This document shows, piece after piece, positions 16,637 through 17,847 of a DNA stretch of 17,847 bases. The position numbers were made by a program, and so were the translations under genes. The notes under the pieces were generated by a model. It saw only the letters and a list, made by a program, of their open reading frames with translations. It was not told the DNA's origin and did not search any database. The stretch comes from an uncultured archaeon (GTDB lineage: Archaea; Asgardarchaeota; Lokiarchaeia; Sigyniarchaeales; SOKP01): positions 1 to 17,847 of the forward strand of contig CAZDTP010000067.1 in NCBI GenBank assembly GCA_964508365.1, given 5' to 3'. The first letter of the stretch is position 1. Each line of letters begins with the position of its first letter.

Positions 16637-17008
16637 TATATATCTCCTTCTAATTTGATAGCCGAATCGAACGTATATCTTTGGTTTTGGAAACTAGATT
16701 CTTATCTCTAGAAGAATAATCCTTTAATTAAGTCTTATTTTTTTAGCGATTTACAATATATTTTACAGATAAGTCAATATTATATTTATAATTATGCAAT
16801 CTATTGTTTAATGAAATTGTACTACATAATTCTTAAAAAATGTCGTTATCAATAATATTAAATTATCAGCTTCCAAGTTTATAAAGAATTGTGTACCCTC
16901 CTTAATTAACAAAAAGTATCGGAAGAAAAAGTTAAAGATACTTTCATAAGATTTTCGTACCAACCCTTTTAAAAAACTTTTAAAGTTAATTAATTTAGGA
17001 TTTAAATA

Positions 17009-17692
17009 ATGAAGGATCGGGGAGAAAACAGTTTCATCAAATTTCCTGAATTTGCTGCTAAATTATATGATTCTATGATGAAAAAAGATTCGATGAGAAT
17101 TCAAAGGATTCAAATTACAGAAGAATTAATACGTAATATTAATGAAGGAAATTTATTGGACATTGGAACCGGACATGGAAGATTACTAGCAGAAATGTTT
17201 GAAAAAAATCCTAAAATTGAATTATACGGATTAGATATTTCAGAAAAAATGATTGAAATAGCCAAATTAAACCTTATAAATATATCTGTCAATTTAAAAC
17301 AAGGAAATATAACAAAAACTGATTTTAGCAATGATTATTTTGACCTTATAACTTGTACGGGGAGTTTTTATCTCTGGAATTCTCCAATAGACGCCTTAAA
17401 TGAGATTCATCGCATTTTAAAACCTCAATGTAAAGTCATCCTGTTCGAATCTCATAAAGAATATAATAAGGATGAACTTGATGAAGCTATAAAAAGAAAT
17501 CTACAAAAAGAGAGTTTTTTTAATAGAAAAATAATCCCAATCTTTTTAAAAAAGCAATTAAAGATGACTTATGAAATTGCTGAAGTAAAAGAAATCATAA
17601 ATAAATCATTTTTTAAGGGAAATTTCTCAATTAAAAAAATCACTTTAGCAAATTTACCCATATGGTTGAAAATAGAATTAAGAAAAGATTAA
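17009..17692 (+). CDS. Class I SAM-dependent methyltransferase (UbiE-like fold)
   Basis: LLDIGTGHG (motif I), YGLDISEKM, FDLITCTGSFYLW, ALNEIHRILKP. Confidence 0.88.
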   Translation: MKDRGENSFIKFPEFAAKLYDSMMKKDSMRIQRIQITEELIRNINEGNLLDIGTGHGRLLAEMFEKNPKIELYGLDISEKMIEIAKLNLINISVNLKQGNITKTDFSNDYFDLITCTGSFYLWNSPIDALNEIHRILKPQCKVILFESHKEYNKDELDEAIKRNLQKESFFNRKIIPIFLKKQLKMTYEIAEVKEIINKSFFKGNFSIKKITLANLPIWLKIELRKD

Positions 17693-17710
17693 AATACATA
17701 AGTGAATATT

Positions 17711-17847
17711 ATGTCGAAAAAAACACCTAATTTTGAATTTATTGAAAAAGAATTAAGAAAAAAGACGTATGGTATATTAAGTACTATTGATCAGAATGGG
17801 AATTCACATTCCACAAGTATTTTATATGCTGTATCCCCACCCGAATC
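17711..17847 (+). CDS. Pyridoxamine 5'-phosphate oxidase-like FMN-binding protein, partial (runs off the window)
   Basis: MSKKTPNFEFIEKELRKKTYGILSTIDQNGNSHSTSILYAV matches the split-barrel 'g.LsT.d.dG.Ph...v.y' N-terminus. Confidence 0.65.
   Translation, partial: MSKKTPNFEFIEKELRKKTYGILSTIDQNGNSHSTSILYAVSPPE

Noticed and set aside
2133-17331. Short or antisense ORFs in the track (2133-2324, 4092-4328, 5829-6302, 7930-8112, 8429-8680, 9169-9375, 10542-10811, 11248-11433, 13236-13523, 13571-13753, 13802-14035, 17110-17331)
   Set aside because: They overlap well-supported genes on the opposite strand, have no recognisable motifs, and look like shadow ORFs.

Overview
AT-rich (about 30% GC by eye) prokaryotic window. 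It is most consistent with an Asgard archaeon (Lokiarchaeia-like), inferred from the secreted beta-helix protein style, AN1 zinc finger, TATA-type promoters and oligo-T terminators. Intact genes: partial secreted parallel beta-helix protein (-), RapA/HepA-like SNF2 ATPase with an N-terminal Cys4 finger, double-hotdog MaoC dehydratase, class III aminotransferase (-), anaerobic sulfatase-maturase-type radical SAM/SPASM enzyme, AbrB-type antitoxin plus PIN toxin (VapBC), GPH/MFS symporter, acyl-CoA ligase, 152-aa hypothetical (-), MEDS-domain histidine kinase (-), SAM methyltransferase and a partial PNPOx-like protein. The supplied ORF track misses several elements. (1) A tRNA-Ile(GAU)-derived element at 912-987 with perfect anticodon and T arms but no acceptor stem. 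(2) An AN1 zinc-finger ORF continuing past a stop into a decayed rhomboid/Derlin-like membrane segment. (3) A 59-aa His/Lys-rich ORF with a TATA box, AAGGAG and an ACG start. (4) A 65-aa N-terminal extension of the kinase starting at ATA after AAGGAG. (5) An ATC-hydrolase-like pseudogene. (6) A repeat array upstream of the acyl-CoA ligase. All family assignments come from motif recognition by eye; no searches were run.
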